Shown: positions 1-8,564 of the stretch, piece by piece
Layout of the letters: each line of letters opens with the position of its first letter
How positions within the stretch are numbered: position 1 is the stretch's first letter
Program-made: the position numbers and the translations under genes
The notes under the pieces: generated by a model
What the model saw: only the letters and a program-made list of their open reading frames with translations
Told to the model about the DNA's origin: nothing
The model's database searches: none
Assembly: GCA_045606105.1 (NCBI GenBank)
Contig: JAZURI010000001.1
Location: 96,001-160,000, forward strand
Reading direction: 5' to 3'
DNA from: Spirochaetia bacterium
GTDB taxonomy: Bacteria > Spirochaetota > Spirochaetia > CADAEX01
DNA length: 64,000 nucleotides

Positions 1-2
1 GT

Positions 3-2735
3 TTCTACACCTTCATCCGCAGCGTAGACGGGTACCCGGAGAAAGCCACCCTTGACACTTGGTTTATAAGAGCCAAGGCGGTGAACCAGTACGGCAACGA
101 GTCGCCCTCCTGGCGTACATCAGCCATTGACACAACCGGCTATGGCACCTGGCTTGTCCAGCCTCCGGTGATCACCGAGCGCACGAACAAACGCTCGCTG
201 CACATTCACCTTGAGCAGCCGACCGGACAGCGTGAGATATACGGCAACGTGCGGTACCAGATACAGATAAGCAGATATGATGATATGGATGGGGCAACCC
301 GGCTCTGGTATAAGCCCAACCTGTCCTCTGCCGCCGACCCGTATGGAGCGGAGACCAACTACAAGGTGGACACAGACCCGGCTCCGGATCCGGCATACGT
401 GGTCGCAACCGCCGACTTCTCCCAGACAGTGCCTCTGCAGGGTCAGTCTGCCACCCCTGCAGCTCCGGGCGACACCGTGTACTATTACCGGGTGCTTGCC
501 TTCAACGAGGCCGGATGCGCTATGCACGAGGTCGAGGGCGTATCTGTGCCTTACTATGCCGAGACCAACCAGATGACCGCAAGGGCAACCGGGGCGAGGG
601 ATGTGGTTCTTGCCCGATTGGGAGACGGCAGTCAGCACCCGGACGCACTCACCGCCAAGAATATCTACGCAGAGAACCTCACAGCGATTGCGGGTACATT
701 CGCGCAGGTGCAGGGCGATGCCGAGACCTCCGACAGCTACTGGAAGGGCATGGACACTGACAACCCGGAGTTCCGTGTCGGCAACGACCACAATCTGGAG
801 GAGCAGGACAGCGAGGAAGCTGAATACATCCACTACAAGGACGGCAGCCTTGCGATGCGGCTAAAGAACTTCATCGTCACAGTAAGAGAGACTACAATAA
901 AAGGCACTCTTACCCTGTATAATGCGGCTAAGGACTTCAGAAACCTTGTATCGTCTGCCGGAATGACATTCCAGAAGAAGGTGACCGACTGGCTTAATCC
1001 TGTAGATGTGGCACAGATAAGTGCCGACGAGAAAAGCAACCTTGTAATCACAAATAACCCGTCGGCTCTGTCTGTGGAACAGATAGCACCGCCCAGCAGC
1101 ACAATCAAGATACACCACCTTGACTCAAGCCTTAACGATACCGACGGCAACAACACCGAGAGCCTTGTCGCAGCAAGCGGCGGATGCGGTGCCACAGCTG
1201 AACCAGTGCTGGCAAGGCTAAAGGCGTACTTTGACGGCAAACTGACAAAGGCAGGGGTGGTTGCAAAGAGTACACCTGCATATAATGCAGCAGCTTATTC
1301 TGGGCTAACTGTTCTGGGAGTATGTAACGGAACAGTTGCAGGTTATACCGTAAACGGTAACATATATACGTTCAAGACTGTCAATATCAAGACAGGTGAT
1401 GTCCTTACCAGTTTTGACTGGACGTTGCCAGCCAGTGATTCTGTCGTAACACACACATTCCATAAAGCAGAAGCGTTCTGGACTGGAACAGCCTTCATCT
1501 TCGGAATATCCAGATATTCAGCCAGCACTACAATTGGGAGCAGATATTATTTCCAATTTTATTCAGAAGATGGTACAGGAATTTTTTATGGTACAACAGG
1601 AATGCAGATGGGATATGCCTATGGAACGTGTTTCGGTGTGTCTTATTCTGGTTTGTCAATAGAAGTGCAGAGCTTCAATCCGACAACCAACGCAATGAAT
1701 AACTATACATTCACTATAACCGGCAACCCATACGCAACCCAGATTGAGGCAATGCTTGTGAGTGGATGGATGATAATGCTCAAATGCAACAATACAAATT
1801 TCTCAACCCATCCTTACCTGTATGCTGTCAGTTATACCTGTTCAGGGGCATTGGTAACAAATATTTATCCCGGTCTTGCTTTTATTGACTCATGGACTGA
1901 TTACGGGGCAGAGACAGGTTATCTGCACGCAATAGGTAACGGTGTCAGATACCTTTTCAAGAACACTGATTTAATGAACCCCGTTCAGATTGATACCGCA
2001 TATTATCCAATAAGAAACGGTGCAGACGATAATACGTTATATCTATATAAACCGGGTGACAACGGAATCTATACCCTTGTAGATGGTGTATACACAAAGC
2101 TCGGTACCGCTGCTGCATCCAACTTATATCTGCGTAGACTGGACAACGACAGGCTTTATTGCCAGGGTGACAATACGGTATACTTCTTCCCAGCCTACAA
2201 CCAGTCCCTTGTGGCCGAGAAGCACTATGCCTTCTGGTTCAAGGGCGGTCGCATACGATTCGGCAAGGTCACTATACCCTGCGATGCCAACAACTGGCTA
2301 TATTGCCGCCTTACTGCAAGCGGTACGACTGTAAGCTGGTATATAGTCAAGAATGAGCTTATCAATGATGAGCTGGATGTATTCGCAAGCGGCTCTTCCA
2401 ACCTTGCAAATTACGGGTTGGAAGAAGATAACGAGTACCTTGACTTTGTGCTTGAAGGTGCGGTTGAGGAGTTCACTTCTGACACTGCGGACATCTCCAC
2501 AGCCGTGATGAAGAAGATGGTGGAGTACAAGTTGCCGTACGGTGCACCCGGGACATCTGAGAACCTGCCGGGAACTGACAAGTTCACACTGCTGGCTAAA
2601 GACCCGGAGAAGGTCATCAGCAATGCGTTCTGGTGCAAAAAGGCAGAGGAACAGATTGTATTATCCGGCACTTATGATGATAACAACCAATCTTTCTCTT
2701 TCACTATAGCAGGGGTGGCAAACAATGGCAGCTGA
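3..2735 (+). CDS. Phage tail/host-specificity-like protein, 5'-truncated by the window edge
   Basis: Frame is open from base 3 to the GTG at 81. FN3-like motif (YYYRVLAFN), AENLTAIAG tail-spike-like segment, and LamG-like pieces (IHHLDSS ... YAFWFK ... NNWLYCRLTASGTTVSWY). Confidence 0.6.
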   Translation, partial: FYTFIRSVDGYPEKATLDTWFIRAKAVNQYGNESPSWRTSAIDTTGYGTWLVQPPVITERTNKRSLHIHLEQPTGQREIYGNVRYQIQISRYDDMDGATRLWYKPNLSSAADPYGAETNYKVDTDPAPDPAYVVATADFSQTVPLQGQSATPAAPGDTVYYYRVLAFNEAGCAMHEVEGVSVPYYAETNQMTARATGARDVVLARLGDGSQHPDALTAKNIYAENLTAIAGTFAQVQGDAETSDSYWKGMDTDNPEFRVGNDHNLEEQDSEEAEYIHYKDGSLAMRLKNFIVTVRETTIKGTLTLYNAAKDFRNLVSSAGMTFQKKVTDWLNPVDVAQISADEKSNLVITNNPSALSVEQIAPPSSTIKIHHLDSSLNDTDGNNTESLVAASGGCGATAEPVLARLKAYFDGKLTKAGVVAKSTPAYNAAAYSGLTVLGVCNGTVAGYTVNGNIYTFKTVNIKTGDVLTSFDWTLPASDSVVTHTFHKAEAFWTGTAFIFGISRYSASTTIGSRYYFQFYSEDGTGIFYGTTGMQMGYAYGTCFGVSYSGLSIEVQSFNPTTNAMNNYTFTITGNPYATQIEAMLVSGWMIMLKCNNTNFSTHPYLYAVSYTCSGALVTNIYPGLAFIDSWTDYGAETGYLHAIGNGVRYLFKNTDLMNPVQIDTAYYPIRNGADDNTLYLYKPGDNGIYTLVDGVYTKLGTAAASNLYLRRLDNDRLYCQGDNTVYFFPAYNQSLVAEKHYAFWFKGGRIRFGKVTIPCDANNWLYCRLTASGTTVSWYIVKNELINDELDVFASGSSNLANYGLEEDNEYLDFVLEGAVEEFTSDTADISTAVMKKMVEYKLPYGAPGTSENLPGTDKFTLLAKDPEKVISNAFWCKKAEEQIVLSGTYDDNNQSFSFTIAGVANNGS

Positions 2736-3954
2736 TTTCTCCAATGTAAAAACACTGTTCCTCAACGGCAGACCTGTCAAAGATTTATATATCAACGGCC
2801 GGAAGGTGTGGCCACGCAAGGTGATGGTGACATTTGACACCAATATTACATACAGCGGAAGTCTTTATTATCTGTCTGAACAGATCTTCCCGAACGGAAA
2901 TCCGGCTACCCCTGCCGCAAGGGAGGTGTCTGCAGGATCTGCGGTAGGGGCTCTGCCTACCATAGGCGACACCACTTACAGCCTGTCAGGAGTCTCCTAC
3001 ACAATCAAAGTCTCCGGCTGGTACACAGACAGAGCCTGCACTCAGGAAGTGTCTGCAACATGGGTTCCCATTGCAGACACAACGTTGTATACCAAGTGGG
3101 TGCTGAACGCCAATACGCAACTGACACGTTCTGCAGCGGGAGCAGTATCTTATGTACTCCCTAAATTCGTCAAGAAGATAGTAAGAGCATACGTACGGGG
3201 CGGGGGTGGTGCCAGCGGTGCCAATACAAACATTTCCGCAGAAAGCGGTGAAATCTGTGAGGTCGGACTCGCAGGTAGCGGCGGCTGGGGTGCTGTTGTT
3301 GACAATACCGCTCTTAACAAAGCAATTTCCGGCGGGAACACCATTACTCTTTATGCCGGGGCTGGTGGTACTAATAAAGGCGCAGGTGGTACAAGCTATA
3401 TCAATCTTGATAATCAACGTCTTTCATATAAGAATGCACAGGGCGTAACTGTTGAGTTCACTGGCAATGGCGGTGCAGGAGGAGCGACAACAGAAAACCG
3501 ATACAACCTATTAGACACCTCGCCAGAGAAGAATATTTGTGACTATAACTCAACACCATGTGTGGGCTGGCAGATTTATGGCAAAGGTGCGACAAAAATA
3601 GTCAGCGGTCATTCTAAGGTGGGAGACATCAGCTTCCAATTTTATGGTAATAAAGGTGTATGGGAAAACCCGACTCCTATCCATATCAGATTCTATCTTG
3701 ATGGCAGCTCCACCGTTTGGACATCCAGAGCCAATGTAGGATATTATTATTTCTATACTTCTGGAGGAGATAATGAACGCGAATATTATACTGTGAGAAA
3801 ATACAATAGCCATAATGCAGTAGTACGGCGTGCAACACAGAGCGGTGCAGGGTGTCCTGGATATGGGGGATATGCTATCTCAACAGGAAACACACAGAAT
3901 CTGACATCGCAGGCAGGACTTGCAGGCCAGGCTTTTGTGATTTTGAGCAGCTGA
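2725..3954 (+). CDS. Phage tail-associated protein with InlB B-repeat-like and glycine-rich domains
   Basis: N-terminal VKDLYINGRKVWP motif; VTFDTN...GALPT...SGWYTD...TLYTKW B-repeat signature; GGGGASG...GAGG Gly-rich domain; overlaps the previous stop. Confidence 0.6.
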   Translation: MAADFSNVKTLFLNGRPVKDLYINGRKVWPRKVMVTFDTNITYSGSLYYLSEQIFPNGNPATPAAREVSAGSAVGALPTIGDTTYSLSGVSYTIKVSGWYTDRACTQEVSATWVPIADTTLYTKWVLNANTQLTRSAAGAVSYVLPKFVKKIVRAYVRGGGGASGANTNISAESGEICEVGLAGSGGWGAVVDNTALNKAISGGNTITLYAGAGGTNKGAGGTSYINLDNQRLSYKNAQGVTVEFTGNGGAGGATTENRYNLLDTSPEKNICDYNSTPCVGWQIYGKGATKIVSGHSKVGDISFQFYGNKGVWENPTPIHIRFYLDGSSTVWTSRANVGYYYFYTSGGDNEREYYTVRKYNSHNAVVRRATQSGAGCPGYGGYAISTGNTQNLTSQAGLAGQAFVILSS

Positions 3955-3975
3955 TTTTATTCTCCCAGTACCAGA

Positions 3976-4113
3976 TCAAGCATTGAGTGCCGCAATCTCT
4001 TCTGGCTGGCCACTGATGGAGATTGAGACACGCTTGATTCCAGTTGCAGGCCTGCCCTGCCTGGGACGTACGCCGCCCCAGCTCGGGTTATACTGTTTGT
4101 CTGGATTCTTCAT
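3976..4113 (-). CDS. Small putative DNA-binding protein (GGxRxxxGRP motif), possibly truncated
   Basis: ATG at 4113 with an AAGGA-like SD; WGGVRPRQGRPATG followed by an alternating beta strand (RVSISISG) and a short helix; 45 aa. Confidence 0.45.
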   Translation of the reverse strand: MKNPDKQYNPSWGGVRPRQGRPATGIKRVSISISGQPEEIAALNA

Positions 4114-4181
4114 GCAACTTTCCTTATGATGATGTATGTGTTGGCTTAAATGGAGATTAAAAGGGTATAAAAAATAAGTTG

Positions 4182-4208
4182 AAAACACAGTAAAACACAA
4201 AAAAACAC
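4182..4208. repeat. Three AAAACAC direct repeats at 10-bp period
   Basis: aaaacac at 4182, 4192 and 4202. Confidence 0.7.
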
Positions 4209-4697
4209 TCAAAAGCATGATATTTTTCTCAAATTAAATGCTTTTTTTTTGCAAAAAGCTCGATGCGTTACATTTATACCATCAAAAAATTTAACATCTG
4301 TTATTTCTGTGATGCCGCATTTTTCCAATATTAATTTTGCAGCAGGCCAGTTTTCTTCTGAAATCCCTAATTTATGCCAAACTTGGTTTTGATTTGTACT
4401 TGCAGAGTCAGTAGTATGCTCTGATGATTCATCGGACATACCAGTTGAAACAGCACCCACAATAGCACACAAAAACATAAAAATTAAATACCCAATGGCA
4501 AAATTTTTTAATTTTTTTAATTTTCTTTTTTTAGTGTAGAAGTTTGACTCAGATGTATCCCACTCAGTTGAGTTTACCGGTTTAATTCGTGTTGCAAAAA
4601 TACAATCCCACTCCGAAATACGAGCACCGCAATGCGGACAACTTTTTGCCTTTGTAGAAACAGGATTATTACAATCTTTGCATAGTATTAGAGCCAT
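4209..4697 (-). CDS. Zinc-ribbon membrane protein (prophage cargo), C-terminus possibly truncated
   Basis: CKDC...CPHCG at the N-terminus, one TM helix, SD GGAGG; ends shortly after an A9 run. Confidence 0.7.
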   Translation of the reverse strand: MALILCKDCNNPVSTKAKSCPHCGARISEWDCIFATRIKPVNSTEWDTSESNFYTKKRKLKKLKNFAIGYLIFMFLCAIVGAVSTGMSDESSEHTTDSASTNQNQVWHKLGISEENWPAAKLILEKCGITEITDVKFFDGINVTHRAFCKKKAFNLRKISCF

Positions 4698-4747
4698 AGT
4701 AACCTCCTAAAATTAAATATACAAATATTTTATATCATTTCCTCTTA

Positions 4748-4780
4748 TATAAGCAATAGCTTATAATGTTTTTGCTTATA
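4748..4780. promoter_or_regulatory. Tandem operator upstream of the XRE gene (C-box-like)
   Basis: TATAAGC-aata-GCTTATA perfect inverted repeat at 4748-4765; GCTTATA recurs 15 bp later at 4774-4780. Confidence 0.55.
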
Positions 4781-4810
4781 ATTCTCTATTCTTTTAATAT
4801 GGAAATGAAT

Positions 4811-5026
4811 ATGGCAATTGCACAGGTCATAAAAGAATTAAGAAAAGAGAAAAGCATTTCTCAGGAAAAACTTGCAGATGCCATAGATTCACATCAGGTT
4901 TATATCTCGGAAATAGAAATGGGAAAGAAGATTCCATCAATAACAATACTTCATAATATAGCCATTTGCTTTGACATGAGTCTTACAAAACTTATTGAAA
5001 GAATAGAAAGCAAACTTGATACCTGA
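4811..5026 (+). CDS. XRE-family HTH regulator (controller-protein-like)
   Basis: ISQEKLAD...HQVYISEIEMGKKIPSI HTH_3 signature; start could be 4805 or 4811. Confidence 0.85.
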   Translation: MAIAQVIKELRKEKSISQEKLADAIDSHQVYISEIEMGKKIPSITILHNIAICFDMSLTKLIERIESKLDT

Positions 5027-5035
5027 CCTCCCCCC

Positions 5036-5563
5036 TCATTCATCATTTTCGCTGAGACTTCTGTATTTGGCGATTCCCAGGGTTTCATAGACCTCGTCGG
5101 CATCGAATTCTCCGCAGCATGACTCACTGGCCAGGAACACGGCCAGGGTTCTCCAGTCTGTTCCCATGTCAACCACATCGAAATCGTCATAGATGATTAC
5201 ATTGTCCTCAGGAACAATGCTTCCCTCTTCCGGATCTTCAAGGTTTTCCCAGGCGCATTTGTTGGAATAAGTTCCGGAGCAGATATGCCAGGCGGTGTTA
5301 TATGCTCCAAAACATGCTTCCCTGTCTTCAAGTACACAGAAAAAGTCTGATTTCAATTCGGTGATGTTTACCGCTTCCTCGTCCATTTCACCATCAATCC
5401 ATGGCCCCACCAGAACCTGTGCATCCTTGAACTTTTCGTCTGCTGCATATTCTTCGGCAACCTGAATTGCTTTGATAAAGGCCTCCTGGAAGTTGTCAAA
5501 AGGGTAACCTTTCCTGTGTCCTTTATTTATTCTGAGCACCAGATATTCGCTGTCATCGTATAT
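5036..5563 (-). CDS. Acidic hypothetical protein (start ATA 5563 or GTG 5539)
   Basis: Open frame downstream of the 5566-6252 ORF; perfect AAGGAGG SD 7 nt before an in-frame ATA. Confidence 0.55.
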   Translation of the reverse strand: MYDDSEYLVLRINKGHRKGYPFDNFQEAFIKAIQVAEEYAADEKFKDAQVLVGPWIDGEMDEEAVNITELKSDFFCVLEDREACFGAYNTAWHICSGTYSNKCAWENLEDPEEGSIVPEDNVIIYDDFDVVDMGTDWRTLAVFLASESCCGEFDADEVYETLGIAKYRSLSENDE

Positions 5564-5565
5564 TT

Positions 5566-6252
5566 TTATTCCTCCTTATTCTTTTTTTCAGCATCTTTTC
5601 CTTCTTCTTCTCTGTAAAGGCTTTCCAGTATAGAAGCAGCTGCGCCAAAGAAGTCTTCATAAAGTTGTTTTCTGAGCTCTGGGTCTTTTTCTGCAACTTT
5701 GTCAAAGAGTTCAATAATTCTTCTTGTTTCATCGTCAAAAGTTTCCAGATCGGAGTCTGTAGTCGGAATTTTCTTTCCGTCGCCGGAAAAACCGAAATTT
5801 TCCAGGAACCGGCTGTATGAAATATATTCTTCCTCCGGCCATATGAAAACCTTGTCTGCATTGATTGTGATGTCGGATATATCAAAGGAAAAATGATCCG
5901 GGCATACAAAGTTTGCCATAAACTTGAAAAACGGTATAAAATCCTCATCCCCATTGTTCACTTCAAAGGGATCTTTATAGTTATCTATACATAAGGTTAT
6001 GCTTTTTTCCATCCTATCCCAGAACAGATAGTCATCAATCTGTCTGACCTGAGGTAAAAAGGTGCTTTCTTCGGTTTTATGTCCGTAAACGAATCCGTCC
6101 ACATTGGTTAAACTTAGATAAATTTCGTTTCCTTTGTTATCCGATACTTTGAGTTCACATATTGGTGGTCCGGGATGCCATCCGGAGCAGGACATTCCTC
6201 CGTCTGCCATTCCGTAGCTGATGGATACAACTTTGTATTTTTCAGAAGCCAT
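5566..6252 (-). CDS. Acidic hypothetical protein
   Basis: 228-aa ORF with SD AAGGAG; no recognised motif. Confidence 0.65.
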   Translation of the reverse strand: MASEKYKVVSISYGMADGGMSCSGWHPGPPICELKVSDNKGNEIYLSLTNVDGFVYGHKTEESTFLPQVRQIDDYLFWDRMEKSITLCIDNYKDPFEVNNGDEDFIPFFKFMANFVCPDHFSFDISDITINADKVFIWPEEEYISYSRFLENFGFSGDGKKIPTTDSDLETFDDETRRIIELFDKVAEKDPELRKQLYEDFFGAAASILESLYREEEGKDAEKKNKEE

Positions 6253-6400
6253 GATTCTCTCCTTTGACTACATTGTAACATCAGGGCTGTGTCATAGAGT
6301 GATACAGGGTGAAAAATATTTGGGTGATTTTTTAATTGTAATTTTAGATTGCCCTTGCTCGGTGCTCTGCGGGTTTCAAGTCCTTTCATCGTATGGGCAT

Positions 6401-6432
6401 AAAAACAGCCGACATGAAGTCGGCTGTTTTTT
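6401..6432. terminator. Intrinsic terminator after tRNA-Leu, probably bidirectional
   Basis: aaaaacagccgac-atgaa-gtcggctgttttt, 13-bp perfect stem with A/T tracts. Confidence 0.85.
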
Positions 6433-6433
6433 C

Positions 6434-6517
6434 TGCCCGGAAGAGGACTTGAACCTCCATGACCGTGAAGTCACTAGAACCTGAATCTAGCGTGTCTACC
6501 AATTTCACCATCCGGGC
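6434..6517 (-). tRNA. tRNA-Leu(CAG)
   Basis: GCCCGGA acceptor stem, CTAGA-TTCAGGT-TCTAG anticodon arm, long variable arm, GTTCAAGTC T-loop; CCA not encoded. Confidence 0.95.
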
Positions 6518-6621
6518 TTATTTGTAAGCATGATAATCATAAACAAGGATGCCCCCATTTGTCAATAAATTAACTTGTTTATTTCGGTATAAAATGATAT
6601 TTTAGAGCAAAGGAAGATATT

Positions 6622-7440
6622 TTGGGGCTTAAAGTTTTATTCATCGGAGAAATTGTAGGCAAGTCGGGTGTGTTCTGCATCAAGAAGCTTCTTAACGAGG
6701 TAAAGCAGGAACACGGCGTGGATTTTGTCATTGCTGCCAGCGAAGGTACTACCGGCGGTTTCGGTATAGGCAGGGCTCATTCCGTATATCTGAGAAAGCT
6801 TGGTATCGATGTCCTTACTTCAGGAGAAAAGATTTTCTTCAAGAAGGATATAGTGGAGCATCTTCCCAAGGCTCCGTGGCATCTCAGACCTGTGAACTTT
6901 CCTTACGGATGTCCGGGGCGCGGGTGGAGAATCTACACTGTCGGCGATACAAAGATTGCTGTCATCAATATTCTCGGCAATTCCGGCTTCAACAGGACCC
7001 ATCTCAATAACCCATTTATCATCCTTCCCGAAATAGTGGCCAAGGCCAAGGAGGAGACTCCGGTGGTCATAGTGGATTTCCATGCTTCCACCACAGCCGA
7101 GAAAAAGACTATGTTCTTCCATATGGACGGCAAGGTAAGTGCGGTGATCGGTACCCATACCAAGGCTCTTTCCGCAGACGAGAAGGTACTTCCGGGGGGA
7201 ACTGCCGTTATCTGCGATTCGGGGCGTACGGGCAGTCTCAATTCCGTAGGGGGACTGGATCCGGAAATTGAAATCAGGAAATACATTACACAGCTGCCTG
7301 AAAGATCCCGTGAATGCTGGGAAAATCTTGAGCTGCAGGGTGTGATTATCGATATTGACAAATCTACCGGCAAGGCCCTTTCCATAGAGCGTATCAGGAA
7401 GAGCTGCAGGCAGGAAGAAGGAGAGTCCATAGATGTATGA
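6622..7440 (+). CDS. YmdB/TIGR00282-family metallophosphoesterase
   Basis: LFIGEIVGKSG, VDFHA..T.EK, GTHT motifs; several metal ligands diverge from the usual consensus. Confidence 0.85.
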   Translation: MGLKVLFIGEIVGKSGVFCIKKLLNEVKQEHGVDFVIAASEGTTGGFGIGRAHSVYLRKLGIDVLTSGEKIFFKKDIVEHLPKAPWHLRPVNFPYGCPGRGWRIYTVGDTKIAVINILGNSGFNRTHLNNPFIILPEIVAKAKEETPVVIVDFHASTTAEKKTMFFHMDGKVSAVIGTHTKALSADEKVLPGGTAVICDSGRTGSLNSVGGLDPEIEIRKYITQLPERSRECWENLELQGVIIDIDKSTGKALSIERIRKSCRQEEGESIDV

Positions 7441-7834
7441 AAGCGGTGTAGTTCAGAGTGTATCAGGTAAGGTTGTCCAGGTGAAATGCGGAACTCCAAG
7501 TTCCTGTCATTCATGCAAGTCCCCTCTGTGCAGCAGAAAGGACCGCATCATTCCGGCCAGAAATGCCAATGATTTTCCTCTTGAGCCGGGCGACGAGGTT
7601 GAATTCTATATTGCTCCCGGAAAGACTATTTTCGAGAGCTTCATAGTTCTTATGCTTCCCCTGTTCCTTTTTATTCTTTTCTTTGTTGCGGGAGAATTCG
7701 TTTTCCATCTTGATACCGAATTCAAGAAGGTACTGTGCGGTATTATCGGTATAGGAAACGGTTTTATCATTGCCCTTTTCTACAGCCGCATGAGAAAGAA
7801 CAAGGATATTCCGGTTATTACAAAGAAGTGGTAA
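7433..7834 (+). CDS. RseC/MucC-family membrane protein
   Basis: CxxCxxxxC N-terminal cluster, GDEVE strand, two C-terminal TM helices. Confidence 0.8.
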   Translation: MYESGVVQSVSGKVVQVKCGTPSSCHSCKSPLCSRKDRIIPARNANDFPLEPGDEVEFYIAPGKTIFESFIVLMLPLFLFILFFVAGEFVFHLDTEFKKVLCGIIGIGNGFIIALFYSRMRKNKDIPVITKKW

Positions 7835-8564
7835 GGGTTTCCCTTATAATTGTCTTTACGGCGGCGGTGGCATAGATAGCTGCAGTTTCGGCCCTCAGTA
7901 TGTTTGATCCCAGATAGATGCTTCTGAAGCCTTTGGCTCTGAGGATTTCTATATCCTTGTCCGAAAGTCCCCCTTCAGGCCCTATGAATATGAATATTTT
8001 TTTCAGTCCCGGTACCAGCTGTCGGTGCATGGTATTTTCAGCCAGCTTTTCCTGATGGAAGAAAAGCCCGGCTTCCCCCTCTCCGATCTGAGGAATGGCA
8101 TCAATCTTTATCATTTCCGAGGTTTCGGTATGAATCCGGCTGTTGCTCTGCTGCATGGCTTCCTTGATTATCCTGTCCCACCGTTCAGGCTTCTCGTTCT
8201 TGAAATCCTTCAGGTGAATCTGTGAAAATTCGGTATCCACGGGTATTACGGCCCTGATTCCCGCTTCGGTGGCCTGTCTGATTATCAGGTCCATGTTCCT
8301 GCTCTTGATAAGGGACTGGTAAAGGTATACCTCCGGTTCTCCGCTCTCTGTATCAGGATTCTCCTCCACAGGCTCCAGCTCCAGTATCACATCCTTTTCC
8401 TCGATTTTCACGGTTCCCTGCCAGTTCCTGCCGGCTGAATCGGTGCATCTGAGCTCCCTGCCGCTTCTGATACGCAGCACGTTCCTGAGGTAGTGGGAGT
8501 CCTTCTCTTCCAGAAGAAGCCGGCTTTCTCCCTTGAAATATCCCGGCAGCATGAATTGCTTCAT
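7818..8564 (-). CDS. rsmE: 16S rRNA m3U1498 methyltransferase RsmE
   Basis: HYLRNVLR, EAMQQS, FIGPEGG, LGSNILRAETAA motifs. Confidence 0.93.
   Translation of the reverse strand: MKQFMLPGYFKGESRLLLEEKDSHYLRNVLRIRSGRELRCTDSAGRNWQGTVKIEEKDVILELEPVEENPDTESGEPEVYLYQSLIKSRNMDLIIRQATEAGIRAVIPVDTEFSQIHLKDFKNEKPERWDRIIKEAMQQSNSRIHTETSEMIKIDAIPQIGEGEAGLFFHQEKLAENTMHRQLVPGLKKIFIFIGPEGGLSDKDIEILRAKGFRSIYLGSNILRAETAAIYATAAVKTIIRETLTTSL

Larger units (their letters stand above)
1..6400. mobile_element. Right end of a prophage-like region (tail genes plus AT-rich cargo) abutting the 3' end of tRNA-Leu
   Basis: Tail-like ORFs, an XRE HTH, a zinc-ribbon protein and orphan ORFs; heterogeneous base composition; ends at a tRNA 3' end. 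No integrase or att copy is visible in the window. Confidence 0.65.

Noticed and set aside
1-3954. Possible DGR target or shufflon in the tail genes
   Set aside because: No reverse transcriptase, template/variable repeat pair, invertase or repeated crossover sites visible in the window; cannot be excluded upstream.
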